Shown in pieces: positions 49,580-58,819 of a stretch of 64,000 nucleotides of DNA. The stretch covers positions 26,211 to 90,210 of the forward strand of contig JAJRYE010000013.1 in NCBI GenBank assembly GCA_024275895.1. The letters run 5' to 3'. Origin of the DNA: Alphaproteobacteria bacterium (GTDB lineage Bacteria > Pseudomonadota > Alphaproteobacteria > Rhizobiales > BM303). How positions within the stretch are numbered: position 1 is the stretch's first letter; each line of letters starts with the position of its first letter. A program made the translations under genes and the position numbers. The notes below the pieces were generated by a model. That model made no database searches. It was not told where the DNA came from and saw only the letters and a program-made list of their open reading frames with translations.

Positions 49580-49990
49580 TCAGGCTTTCAGGATTTCCAG
49601 GGTTTTGGCCAGCATCTGGCGCGACGAGGTAATCACGTTCAGATTGGCCTCGTAGGAGCGCTGGGCCTCACGCATGTCAACCGACTCAATCAGCGAATTG
49701 ACATTGCTGATTTTCACATAACCCTTGTCATTCGCCGCCGGGTGACCGGGATCGTATTTGAGACCGAAGGGGCGCGTATCAAGCTTGTAGCGTCCGTTTC
49801 GCACCGTATAGGCCTGCAAGACATCGTCAAAACGGTTCTCCACCATGGGGATGCGGCGGCGGTAGGGGTCACCGCCCGGCGTTGTGGCCAATGATTTGGC
49901 ATTGGCCAGATTCTCGGCAATGATCCGCATCCGTCCGCCCTGGGCCCGAAGGCCCGACGCGGCGACTTTAATTGCACTTATCAAATCCAT
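49580..49990 (-). CDS. flgC: Flagellar basal-body rod protein FlgC
   Basis: ...SGLRAQGGRMRIIAENLANA...PYRR...VDMREAQRSYEANL.VI. Confidence 0.9.
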   Translation of the reverse strand: MDLISAIKVAASGLRAQGGRMRIIAENLANAKSLATTPGGDPYRRRIPMVENRFDDVLQAYTVRNGRYKLDTRPFGLKYDPGHPAANDKGYVKISNVNSLIESVDMREAQRSYEANLNVITSSRQMLAKTLEILKA

Positions 49991-50001
49991 GATAACCTCC
50001 G

Positions 50002-50403
50002 TTAATTGCCGATTGCAGTGCGCAACAGGGCCAGGGAACGGGCATAAAGGGCTGACGCGGTGCGGAAATCCATCTGGTTTTCAGTGACCTTCATCATCTG
50101 CTCTTCAAGCACGACCGAGTTGCCGGACTGGGAAATCTCCCAGCCTTGCTCCTTTTGCGTTTCGTAGTTTGCGTTGCCGTCTCCGGGCGCCGAGATATGC
50201 GCCGCATTGGTGCGCGCCAGTGTGACCGCAAAGGGCGCCCGCCCCTTGCCGGTGCTGCCAACATCCATGGCTTTGAGGTCTTTGGCCATATAACCGGGCG
50301 TATTGGCATTGGCGACATTTTGCGCCAGCACTTTCTGGCGTGCCTGATGCCACTTCATCTTTGACCTTAACAGAGCCAGTACCGGAATATCGCCGATAGC
50401 CAT
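50002..50403 (-). CDS. flgB: Flagellar basal-body rod protein FlgB
   Basis: ATG 50403 gives MAIGDIPVLALLRSKMKWHQARQKVLAQNVANANTPGY... (rod N-terminal motif). Confidence 0.85.
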   Translation of the reverse strand: MAIGDIPVLALLRSKMKWHQARQKVLAQNVANANTPGYMAKDLKAMDVGSTGKGRAPFAVTLARTNAAHISAPGDGNANYETQKEQGWEISQSGNSVVLEEQMMKVTENQMDFRTASALYARSLALLRTAIGN

Positions 50404-50493
50404 TTTCAAACCTTCCAAAGCACCGGGGCCGGCATGGCCCGGAGAATCAAGCGCCAAAACCACCTTGAATGGGCAGATTTTGCCGCCTGGATA

Positions 50494-50508
50494 TTAACAG
50501 GTGATTAA
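50494..50508. promoter_or_regulatory. CtrA-box-like site (TTAA-N7-TTAA) in the flgB / fliO divergent region
   Basis: TTAACAGGTGATTAA, full match to the TTAA-N7-TTAA core. About 90-105 nt upstream of the flgB ATG and ~110-120 nt upstream of the fliO start. Confidence 0.45.
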
Positions 50509-50555
50509 ATTCTTAAATCTTTGCTAACCATATTTTTTCAACTCGGCGGCGTTTG

Positions 50556-50570
50556 TTAACGCTTTGTTAG
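50556..50570. promoter_or_regulatory. Second, imperfect CtrA-box-like site (TTAA-N7-TTAG)
   Basis: TTAACGCTTTGTTAG, one mismatch in the second half-site. Confidence 0.25.
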
Positions 50571-50615
50571 GGGTAAACCGGGCAAATTTTACCTGGTGCT
50601 AATTAACACTTCCGT

Positions 50616-51089
50616 GTGAACACAAACTGGAGATGGTCCTTGGGTTTCAACCTTCCCGAATATGCGCAATATGCCGTGGTGCTGATTTTTGTGCTGGGGC
50701 TGATCTTTCTTCTGTCCCTGGTGTTGCGCCGTTTTACCGGCATCGGCGGCGGTGGTCAGGCGCCGTTTTCACGCCGCCTGCGCCGGTTGAGGGTTTCGGA
50801 GGGCGCCTCGCTTGGCGGGCGTCACCGGCTTATTCTTATCCGGCGCGACAATGTCGAGCATTTGCTGCTCATCGGCGGTGCTTCCGATCTGGTGATTGAA
50901 TCGGGCATTACAGTGCCGCACCCAAAACCGGCTTCGCCGCCCGCCCCCTATCCGGCCGCGGAAGAAACAGACCATATTGAGCCTTCTTTTACAGCCGGGT
51001 CTTCCGAGCCGGCCTCATCACGCGATGATGAACTGGCCAAAAGCAAGGCGCTTCTCGACAGATTGTCAAAAAGCAAAGACGGAACATGA
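50616..51089 (+). CDS. fliO: Flagellar biosynthesis protein FliO (probable)
   Basis: GTG start, single TM (YAVVLIFVLGLIFLLSLVL), then ...LRVSEGASLGGRHRLILIRRDNVEHLLLIGGASDLVIE, a FliO-like pattern. Its stop overlaps the fliP start. Confidence 0.6.
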   Translation: MNTNWRWSLGFNLPEYAQYAVVLIFVLGLIFLLSLVLRRFTGIGGGGQAPFSRRLRRLRVSEGASLGGRHRLILIRRDNVEHLLLIGGASDLVIESGITVPHPKPASPPAPYPAAEETDHIEPSFTAGSSEPASSRDDELAKSKALLDRLSKSKDGT

Positions 51090-51835
51090 ACCGGGCCGGC
51101 AAATTTCCCGCCCTTTTGCCGTTCGGGTTGCTGCTGGCGTTTTATTGCCTCACAGGCGCGGATACGGCATCGGCGCAGGCAATTACGCTTGATCTGCCGC
51201 AAGGCGGCGGTCTGACCGGACGCGCCCTGCAACTGGTGGCCCTGGTCACGGTTTTGAGCCTTGCCCCGTCAATTCTGGTGATGGTGACCTCCTTCACCCG
51301 GATTGTGATCGTGCTTTCCCTGCTGCGCACCGCCATCGGAGTGCAGCAATCGCCGCCCAATTCGGTTATCATCTCGCTGGCGCTGTTTCTGACCGCCTTT
51401 GTCATGTCGCCGGTTTTGCAAAAAAGCTGGGAGGACGGCATCAAGCCCCTCATGGACGAAAAAATCGAGATGGCGGAAGCCTTTGACAAAGCCAGCAAGC
51501 CCGTGCACGGCTTTATGCTCAAACATGTGCGGGAAAAGGACCTTGCCCTGTTTATCGAGCTGTCGGAAAGCGAAAAACCGGCAACGCCTCAGGATGTCAA
51601 ATTGCAGATATTGATTCCGGCCTTCATGATCAGTGAACTGAGGCGCGCCTTTGAAATCGGCTTTTTGCTCTTTGTGCCCTTTATCGTCATTGATCTGGTG
51701 GTGGCATCGGTTCTGATGTCCATGGGCATGATGATGCTGCCACCAATCATTATCTCATTGCCGTTCAAGCTGATCTTCTTTGTTCTGGTGGATGGCTGGC
51801 ATCTGGTGGCCGGGTCATTGATCAAGAGCTTTTAG
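51086..51835 (+). CDS. fliP: Flagellar export protein FliP
   Basis: ...SLAPSILVMVTSFTRIVIVLSLLRTAIGVQQSPPN.V...LALFLT.FVM.PV...FMISELRRAFEIGFLLFVPFIVIDLVVASVLMSMGMMMLPP... Confidence 0.92.
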   Translation: MNRAGKFPALLPFGLLLAFYCLTGADTASAQAITLDLPQGGGLTGRALQLVALVTVLSLAPSILVMVTSFTRIVIVLSLLRTAIGVQQSPPNSVIISLALFLTAFVMSPVLQKSWEDGIKPLMDEKIEMAEAFDKASKPVHGFMLKHVREKDLALFIELSESEKPATPQDVKLQILIPAFMISELRRAFEIGFLLFVPFIVIDLVVASVLMSMGMMMLPPIIISLPFKLIFFVLVDGWHLVAGSLIKSF

Positions 51836-51900
51836 AGTACTTTATCTTTGATTGAATCGGCACCGGGCCGGTGCCGAATAAACCCAAAAGATTGCTGATC

Positions 51901-54900
51901 TTAACTCTTCGGCGCGTTTGCCTCGCCTTTCTCGACATAGCGTTTACGGTAATCCTTTAAAAAAGCGCTCAATGTATCGAGAGAGGCGATCTTGCGGGCA
52001 AGATCGCTAAACGCCACGCCAGATGTTTTGGTGGTTTCGGTGACCAGCGAGAATGCGGCGGCGTCAGGACTTTTGGCCATTTTGTCGATGAATTTCTCGC
52101 GCAACCTGTCAAGTCCGAGCCGGTCATCGGCCAGCGCAAAGGAAATGCCGGCGCGCAGCACATCCAGACGCTCCTTGTCGGTAAGCGCCCGGTCGCTTTT
52201 CCAGACCGGATCGAGAATGCGCTCGATCTGCTCACCGGCGCTTTGCCAGTTTCGCCCCGTCCACAAGGCTTCGGCCTTCAGGCGCTCCACATCCTCGCCC
52301 TTCATGACGCTCAGCAGTTCCATGGCCTGCTCGACCTGCCCCAACTCGGCAAGCGCACGCGATTCGAGGATATCGCGGCGCCGGGTGATGGATTTGGGCA
52401 TTACCGATTGTTGCGACTGGCGGATAACCCGCAGCGCCTGTTCCGGCTTGCGGTCCAGCAGATAGATATAGGCGAGTTTGGCGGCCACCTGCGCCCGCGC
52501 CGCGCCGTGCAGACGGGTGGAGACCTGATGTTCAAGAATTTCTTCCGCCTGGGGTAAAAGATCAACACTGACAAGCCGGTCGGCCAGCTTGCGGATCATG
52601 TCATCGCCAAGACGCCCCGGCGGCGTCAGGGCGGCATAATCGTAAAACAGGCTCAGGGCTTTCAACGGCTCCATTTTTTCTGCCATATTGCGCAAAAAAA
52701 GCTCTTTGAAGAGGCCTTCCATCTCGCTCTGGATAACTCTGGATTCAGGGCGGTCGGAGAAGCTCTTGACCGCCATTTTCATGGTTTCCAGGGCCCGCCG
52801 GTAAGCATTGCTCTTGCGGTACAAGGTTCCCAGCAGGTGCAGGACCTTGAGTTCGGTATCATCGCCGCGCCACATAAAGGCGAGGCTTTCAAGCTCTTCT
52901 ATGGCCTCGATCATGCTGATCTTGTCGTTACGCAATTTCAAATCCGTCAGGTGGTATCTTGCGGCAACTTCGGTCTTGCGCAAATTGCTGCGGCTGGCGT
53001 TGAGATACGCTTCATAGGCTTCCTCGGTCCGTCCCAGCGCCTCGTAGAGCCGCCCCTTGAGATACTCTGTCCGCACCGCAAGGTCACCTTTCAAACCGGC
53101 GGGCATGGCGTCAAGCTCAGCCCCCGCCGAAGTCACATCGCCGGTCTCTATCGAGGCCTCCATGGCGGCAAGACGAAATTCCATCTGGACATGGAAGGGG
53201 TATTTGGGAATCGCGGTTACCGCTTCATTGAAAAAGCGCCAGGCGTCATCCCATTTCTGACGCTTTACCGCCATCAGGCCGCGCCAGAGCTTGGCGTCCA
53301 TGTCTCCGGCAAGAGCATGCACCCGAAGGTTTTTGTTGGCAATATCAAGCCGGTTGGCCAGAATGGCGGCAACACCGCGCATGGCGTTAAAGACAGGGTC
53401 GCCTTTCAGGCCGGGATCCGTTTCAAGCGCGATATCCAGATTCGCCAGAGCTTCGACACCCCACATGCGGCCAAGATACAAACGCGCCATTTCAAGCCTT
53501 GCCTGAACCCGTTTGTCCTTGTCGTCATCGCCTGAAAGCAAGGTGAGGTCATCAAGACGCGCGTTGAATTGCCGTGGCCCCAGATCGCTCCATTTGGCCA
53601 GATCAAGAAAACCCGGCTCGCTTCCCTCACGCACGGCCTTGCGGCCGGCCTCGTATTGCCGCGCGCCGCCGCTGGAAATTGTCAATCCCAGAGGACGCGA
53701 TATAACAAGCTCATCATGGTTGAGCCTTACACTTAAATCATCCGCATAGGGGCGTACAACTATGCCATTGGCGGTTTTGAGCGCAGCAAATTCAACAAAT
53801 TCCTGCTTTTTGATCATACCGCGTGCAGGCGCATGCGCCGTTACAACCGCCAGACGCTCGTCAAGCCCGGCATCTTCAAGCCAGTGGACATGACCGGCAA
53901 AGGGCAGTTTGACCGTAATCTTGGAATAGCCATCCTCCCGCAAGCCGCGCTTGAGCAGCAAGGGTTTGGCGGGGTTGAGAAGAATATCGCCAATGATCAC
54001 AATCCAGCTTGAAGCCTCGCGGGCGGTAGAGACAAGCTGCTTGTCCTTGAGTAAAAATCTGGCAATCTGAACCCTGGCATTGCTGCTGAGCTCGATATCA
54101 TCAACCTTGTCTTTCAGGACTTGCGCGATTTTGCCCAGATCAAGTTTTTTATCACTGTCAAAAACCGTCCACAACACGCCCGAGCGCAGAAATATTGCCG
54201 ATGGCACCTCCTTGGAAAATTTGAATGTCAGTTTAACCGAAGAGCCTATTCGCTCAGCCTTGACAGGAACCATAGCCTCCTGTTTGACCGCAAGTGGCCT
54301 TGCGGAACGGGCCTTCACAATTTTGATTTCCGGCGGCGCGTCGGATCCGGCTGCTGGTTTTTCCCTTGCGGCGGCAGCTTTCGTTTTCTTGTCTTCCACT
54401 TGCGGAGGCTTTTGTGGCTCCGGCTCCGTAGCGGCAGGCTTTTCCGCGACCGGTTTTTCCACCGCTGGGGGGGCATTTTGCTCTTTCGGCACTGATTTTT
54501 TGCGCGGCGGTTTGTCGGAGGGCTCGCCCAGCGCGTAAACGACCTCGGCGCCCATCGGTACTTTCGGAAACAGCGGATCGCGCTGATTTTCCCTGATTTT
54601 CACAATCGGGTCGGGTTCTTCGACTTCGGGTTCTCCCGTGACATCCAGAACGTAGTCGATGCCCTCGCGAAACCCGCGGACATTCGCGGTCTCGTCAATT
54701 GTCACATCCACCCGTGTTCCGCGCCCGACGGGTATGTTTTTCGCCGATCGTACAAATCGTGGCGGATTGGAATTCAGCCGGGTGAGATCGATGGCGGCCA
54801 ATTGATCAAATTCCAGCGAAATGATATTCTTTTTACGGGTCATGCTGGTCGCCACCGGCACATTCCAGTCAAAGACCAGACGGCTGAAAGTCGGCATCCG

Positions 54901-55491
54901 GCCAATATGCAGAATAAGCCTGGGGGCTTTGGCATTGGCTTTCCTCAAGGCCTCGGCGCGTTTTCTGGCCTCTTCGGCCTGCGCCGCCAGCGCTGCCAGC
55001 TCCGCCACGGTTTCAGGCGGCAAGCCGGGAGGGAGGCCGGACCAGTCGGAGGGCAGCAGATCAACGAAGAGCTTCTCACCCGCCTTGATGGTATTGACCC
55101 TGATCTTCTGCGCCAGGGCAAAACGAATTGCCTTGCCGTCCGGGTCAAGCCGCGCGATCAGGACGTATTCGGGCAAACGCACATTGACTTTTTCCAGACT
55201 GGCTTCGATCGGCTTGTTGAAGGAAAGAACCAGTACGCCGCTCTTTATCTGCGCCTTGAATACGGGCATTTTTTTGAACGAAAACACCAGACGGCCATAG
55301 CCGTTTTCCGTCGAGGCGCTGACCTGAACCGGTTCTGCGGCGTGAAGGAGGCGCGGGGCGCTGAAAAACAACACCGAAAATGCAATGAAAAAAACGGCAA
55401 ACCAGGAGACGGGCACCTTTGTCCCTTGCCTGAAACCAGCGAATATGCGCCTTATCAGAAACATTACTCTACGCACTTTCCCGTACACCAT
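51901..55491 (-). CDS. Large membrane-anchored periplasmic TPR-repeat protein encoded in the flagellar operon (function unknown)
   Basis: 1196-aa ORF with N-terminal hydrophobic anchor, three beta-rich ~90-100 aa modules, a Pro/Lys/Glu linker, and ~600 aa of TPR-like helical repeats. Last gene of the fliL-fliM string. Confidence 0.8.
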   Translation of the reverse strand: MVYGKVRRVMFLIRRIFAGFRQGTKVPVSWFAVFFIAFSVLFFSAPRLLHAAEPVQVSASTENGYGRLVFSFKKMPVFKAQIKSGVLVLSFNKPIEASLEKVNVRLPEYVLIARLDPDGKAIRFALAQKIRVNTIKAGEKLFVDLLPSDWSGLPPGLPPETVAELAALAAQAEEARKRAEALRKANAKAPRLILHIGRMPTFSRLVFDWNVPVATSMTRKKNIISLEFDQLAAIDLTRLNSNPPRFVRSAKNIPVGRGTRVDVTIDETANVRGFREGIDYVLDVTGEPEVEEPDPIVKIRENQRDPLFPKVPMGAEVVYALGEPSDKPPRKKSVPKEQNAPPAVEKPVAEKPAATEPEPQKPPQVEDKKTKAAAAREKPAAGSDAPPEIKIVKARSARPLAVKQEAMVPVKAERIGSSVKLTFKFSKEVPSAIFLRSGVLWTVFDSDKKLDLGKIAQVLKDKVDDIELSSNARVQIARFLLKDKQLVSTAREASSWIVIIGDILLNPAKPLLLKRGLREDGYSKITVKLPFAGHVHWLEDAGLDERLAVVTAHAPARGMIKKQEFVEFAALKTANGIVVRPYADDLSVRLNHDELVISRPLGLTISSGGARQYEAGRKAVREGSEPGFLDLAKWSDLGPRQFNARLDDLTLLSGDDDKDKRVQARLEMARLYLGRMWGVEALANLDIALETDPGLKGDPVFNAMRGVAAILANRLDIANKNLRVHALAGDMDAKLWRGLMAVKRQKWDDAWRFFNEAVTAIPKYPFHVQMEFRLAAMEASIETGDVTSAGAELDAMPAGLKGDLAVRTEYLKGRLYEALGRTEEAYEAYLNASRSNLRKTEVAARYHLTDLKLRNDKISMIEAIEELESLAFMWRGDDTELKVLHLLGTLYRKSNAYRRALETMKMAVKSFSDRPESRVIQSEMEGLFKELFLRNMAEKMEPLKALSLFYDYAALTPPGRLGDDMIRKLADRLVSVDLLPQAEEILEHQVSTRLHGAARAQVAAKLAYIYLLDRKPEQALRVIRQSQQSVMPKSITRRRDILESRALAELGQVEQAMELLSVMKGEDVERLKAEALWTGRNWQSAGEQIERILDPVWKSDRALTDKERLDVLRAGISFALADDRLGLDRLREKFIDKMAKSPDAAAFSLVTETTKTSGVAFSDLARKIASLDTLSAFLKDYRKRYVEKGEANAPKS

Positions 55492-55611
55492 TGGGGCGGG
55501 GACAAACCGGCCGCCCGATATTGCGGGAAATACTAGCCGCGTCAGGTTAAAGCCCTGTTAAGTACGATATTCAAACAAGATACAGTGCCTGTCCGGCTCC
55601 GGAGCCGGAGT

Positions 55612-56370
55612 TTAGTCCTCGCTCACCTTTGGCAAGACGGTATCGGCGACCACTGTTTTCTGGATTTCGCGTCGCGCTATTTCCATTGTCAGGCGCTTGG
55701 CGGATTTTACGTCCATTTTGGCCATGATCGCGGCAATTTTGCGTTCTTTCATACGCTCGGCAACGCCGACAAGCACGCTGATATGCAGTGAGTTGAAAAT
55801 TCTGGCGGCCTCCTTGGGCTTCATTTTCTCATACATACCGACCAGTTTTTGAAACCGGTTGGAATTTTCAGCAATATTCGTCTCGGTCAGTTTTGTTACG
55901 CGGGCTTCGAGCTTTTTCAGTTCCCGAATGCGCCTTTCCAGCTTTTTTTCCGCCGCCGTGATCAGGCTTTCACGCAGAACCAGTCCCGTCTCACGCTCTT
56001 CAAGGCTCCTTCTGCGTTCGGCCAACCCCTTCAAAAGCGCAATATCGGATTTGCTGGGCATACCCTTGTCCTGCCGGTCGGTGAAATCCTCGCCCCTGAA
56101 CAGTTTGTCGGTTTCATCTTGTCCCTTTATCTCTTTTTTCCGCAGTTCCTTCCGGCTCAGTTCCTTGTTTTCCTTCGCGGCCTTTTCCATATCATCGCGC
56201 ATTTTCATTCTTTGCTCGCGCAAACGTCCCGCTGCCGCCGTTGCATCCTGGGCGACGGCGGTGCCAACGCTGACCATGGGTACAACAACATCCGAAAACA
56301 GGGCGACAAGCTTTACGCAAAGCAGCCCGGTGGCGAAAAACAAAACCGCAGGAAAGAGATATATTCTCAT
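55612..56370 (-). CDS. MotE/FlbB-like flagellar protein (MgtE_N-like C-terminal domain)
   Basis: N-terminal TM, K/E-rich coiled coil, then ...YEKMKPKEAARIFNSLHISVLVGVAERMKERKIAAIMAKMDVKSAKRLTMEI (MotE/MgtE_N-like pattern by recollection). Confidence 0.6.
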   Translation of the reverse strand: MRIYLFPAVLFFATGLLCVKLVALFSDVVVPMVSVGTAVAQDATAAAGRLREQRMKMRDDMEKAAKENKELSRKELRKKEIKGQDETDKLFRGEDFTDRQDKGMPSKSDIALLKGLAERRRSLEERETGLVLRESLITAAEKKLERRIRELKKLEARVTKLTETNIAENSNRFQKLVGMYEKMKPKEAARIFNSLHISVLVGVAERMKERKIAAIMAKMDVKSAKRLTMEIARREIQKTVVADTVLPKVSED

Positions 56371-56405
56371 GATATCAATCCTCTAAGTATTTTTTTCGCA
56401 TCCGG

Positions 56406-56921
56406 CTACCTTGCGCTACGCAGGATTTGCGCCAGAGAAGCCGGTTGCGCCCCGTGCCCGTCTTCGGCTTGCGAGACAAAGCGTGGCGCCGGGCGCGAGA
56501 ATGCGGGCTCAACTTTTTCCCGGCGCGCCTTGCGGACATCAAGCACGGCAACATTATCGGCCGGCTCACGATGCAATTCGGGCGGTTTGACATGGCCGGC
56601 GCGGGCGGAAGGGTCACTCAGCTTCGTGGCGATGCTGTTTCCTGATTCAACCATGAACGCCAACTCATCGGAAAGCGAACGGGCCTTGCTCAACTTGCCT
56701 CCCAGATCGCCCTGGGCGGCCTTTGTCGTCACCTTGAGCCCGGCAACTGCATCTTCGGCATTCCGGGTGGCGTTGTTCAGATCACCCACGAGACCGGACA
56801 AGGTTTTTTGTTCCGCCTTGAAGGTCCTGATCCGCCGGTCCAGCACCATGCAATAAACAATGGTGGCCACCAGAAGGCCGGCGACAATAACATTGAGAAC
56901 CAGTTCCGCGATTTCCATCAT
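56406..56921 (-). CDS. Flagellar-cluster membrane protein (DUF6468-like by recollection)
   Basis: 171 aa with N-terminal TM (LVLNVIVAGLLVATIVYCMVL) and a coiled-coil region. ATGA overlap with the fliM stop implies co-translation. Confidence 0.5.
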   Translation of the reverse strand: MMEIAELVLNVIVAGLLVATIVYCMVLDRRIRTFKAEQKTLSGLVGDLNNATRNAEDAVAGLKVTTKAAQGDLGGKLSKARSLSDELAFMVESGNSIATKLSDPSARAGHVKPPELHREPADNVAVLDVRKARREKVEPAFSRPAPRFVSQAEDGHGAQPASLAQILRSAR

Positions 56922-58171
56922 AAGGCCTCCTCCATTTTGGTGCTGTGTGCATCGTTATTTTCTGTATAATGCGCTGATACTAGCGCCTTGCGCCGTTCGG
57001 CGAACTCCTGATCGACGCGAACGGCGATCTTGTCTTCCTTTTGCCCCATTCGGCCGGTTGTCAGGGCAATCCCGCCGCAGCGCAGGCTCACCGGGGATTC
57101 AGGCGTGCATTCCAGCATCACCGTCTGCCCGACCTGAAGATTCATTACCTTGCCAAGCGGCATATAGCGCTCTTCAAGGACCGCCTCCAGCTGGACCTTT
57201 GTCGCCCAGATTTCAGAGGCCAGATGTTCCTCCCACATGGAATCGCGGCCAAATTTTTCGCCCATGAAACCTTGCAGAAGCAGCTCGCGGATCGGCTCGA
57301 AGGTGGCATAGGGGATCATAAACTCGACATTGCCGCCGCGGTCTTCCATATCCACCCGCATCTTGACCAGAATGGCGGCATTGGCCGAACGGGCGATGGC
57401 GGCAAAACGCGGATTTGTCTCCAGACGGTCAAGCACAAAGCTGACCGGGGTCAGCGGTTCAAAGGCGGCTTCGACATCAACCATCACGACTTCGATCAAA
57501 CGTTCGATCAGCGAAGTTTCAATCGTCGTATAGGGGCGCCCCTCGACCCGGGTGACCTTGGTCCCCTGCCGCCCGCCGAGCAACACATCAACGATTGAAT
57601 AAATCAGATTGGACTCGACCGTAATCAGGCCGAAACTGTCCCACTCCACCGCCTTGAACACCGCCAGCATGGCCGGCAGGGGGATCGAGTTGAGATAATC
57701 GCCAAAGCGGATTGAACTGATATTGTCAAGCGAGACCTCAACATTGTCAGAGGTGAAGTTACGCAAACTCGTCGTCATCAACCGCACCAGCCGGTCAAAG
57801 ACAATCTCAAGCATCGGAAGACGCTCATAGGAGACGAGGGTCGAGTTGATGATTGAGCGGATGCCGCTTCGGTTCTGGGAATCTTCATCGTCAAGATTAA
57901 AACCCAGAAGACTGTCAATCTCTTCCTGGTTCAGAATCCGTTCGGTATTGCCCTGGGCGGCGACATCCTCTTCGGCGTCATCGCCCATGGAGGCCCATTC
58001 CGCCGCCAGATCGTCCTGATCGCCGCCGCCATCCTCGTCACCTTCAAGCATGGCGCCCCATTCATCGGCCATGGCGTCATTGGGATCATCGCCGCCGGAA
58101 TCGTCATCTGTCTCGGCGCCCCAGGCTGCGGCCATGGCGTCTTGATCAACATCGTCGTCATCAATAATCAT
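56918..58171 (-). CDS. fliM: Flagellar motor switch protein FliM with ~78-aa acidic N-terminal extension
   Basis: ILNQEEIDSLLGF (CheY-binding-type peptide) then ...VSYERLPMLEIVFDRLVRLMTTSLRNFT... and a C-terminal SpoA-like domain. The true start could also be an internal Met. Confidence 0.88.
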   Translation of the reverse strand: MIIDDDDVDQDAMAAAWGAETDDDSGGDDPNDAMADEWGAMLEGDEDGGGDQDDLAAEWASMGDDAEEDVAAQGNTERILNQEEIDSLLGFNLDDEDSQNRSGIRSIINSTLVSYERLPMLEIVFDRLVRLMTTSLRNFTSDNVEVSLDNISSIRFGDYLNSIPLPAMLAVFKAVEWDSFGLITVESNLIYSIVDVLLGGRQGTKVTRVEGRPYTTIETSLIERLIEVVMVDVEAAFEPLTPVSFVLDRLETNPRFAAIARSANAAILVKMRVDMEDRGGNVEFMIPYATFEPIRELLLQGFMGEKFGRDSMWEEHLASEIWATKVQLEAVLEERYMPLGKVMNLQVGQTVMLECTPESPVSLRCGGIALTTGRMGQKEDKIAVRVDQEFAERRKALVSAHYTENNDAHSTKMEEAL

Positions 58172-58187
58172 GTTTGAGACCTAACCC

Positions 58188-58709
58188 TTACTGGACAATG
58201 ATTTCCTTGAAGAGAACCGCGCTCACCTTTACCGGATGAACTTTTGAATTCACCCGTTTGAGCAATTCGGACTTCAACCGGAACAAACCGGCGGAACCTT
58301 CCAGATCGTCGCGCCGCAACTCTCTCAAATAGACCTGAAAGATATCCAGAACCGCCGGTTCATAGGGCTTCATATAGGCAACCGAAACCTTGTTGGGCAT
58401 TTGGAGCGTGACCCTGACCTTCAGGAAATGCGACTTGCCTTTTTCCGAAGCCAGATTCACAACCATCTCGGGCAGATCGTAATACCCCGATTTGACGACC
58501 TTTTTGACCGCCGCTCCTTCCGTTTTGCCTGAACTGTCAAACAGGCCGAAATACCAGGCCCCGCCGCCGCCGCCAGCCAGAAGCAGCAGGGCGCCGGCCG
58601 CCATTATCATGATCTTCTTGCTCGGAAGGCGGTTTTTTTTCTCGTCGCTATCTTCGGAATCTTCACCATCAAGCTCGTCGTCTTTGATATCTTTTGCTTC
58701 ATCAACCAT
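58188..58709 (-). CDS. fliL: Flagellar basal body-associated protein FliL
   Basis: ATG 58709. Acidic N-terminus, TM (IMIMAAGALLLLAGGGGGAWYF), ...YYDLPEMVVNLAS...HFLKVRVTL...VLFKEIIVQ. Confidence 0.8.
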   Translation of the reverse strand: MVDEAKDIKDDELDGEDSEDSDEKKNRLPSKKIMIMAAGALLLLAGGGGGAWYFGLFDSSGKTEGAAVKKVVKSGYYDLPEMVVNLASEKGKSHFLKVRVTLQMPNKVSVAYMKPYEPAVLDIFQVYLRELRRDDLEGSAGLFRLKSELLKRVNSKVHPVKVSAVLFKEIIVQ

Positions 58710-58790
58710 GGGAAACTGCTTTTGCTGTGATAAACCGGCGTACCTGCCGCACAAGGCGGCGAACATCTTGTAAACCTAAAGCCTTCATGG

Positions 58791-58805
58791 TTAACGAAAC
58801 CTTAG
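58791..58805 (-). promoter_or_regulatory. Imperfect CtrA-box-like site upstream of fliL
   Basis: + strand TTAACGAAACCTTAG, which reads CTAA-N7-TTAAC on the minus strand. About 82-96 nt upstream of the fliL ATG. One mismatch. Confidence 0.3.
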
Positions 58806-58819
58806 GAAACGGCTAAATA

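Noticed and set aside
51846-51880. Hairpin TCGGCACCGG-GCC-GGTGCCGA between fliP and the convergent TPR gene as terminator
   Set aside because: Good stem but no U-tract on either strand. Left unannotated; it may still act as a Rho-dependent or structural element.
55849-56856. 335-aa + strand ORF spanning two minus-strand flagellar-cluster genes
   Set aside because: Low-complexity Arg/Ser/Phe-rich product. The minus-strand ORFs have TM segments, coiled coils and a MotE-like motif and are translationally coupled to fliM.
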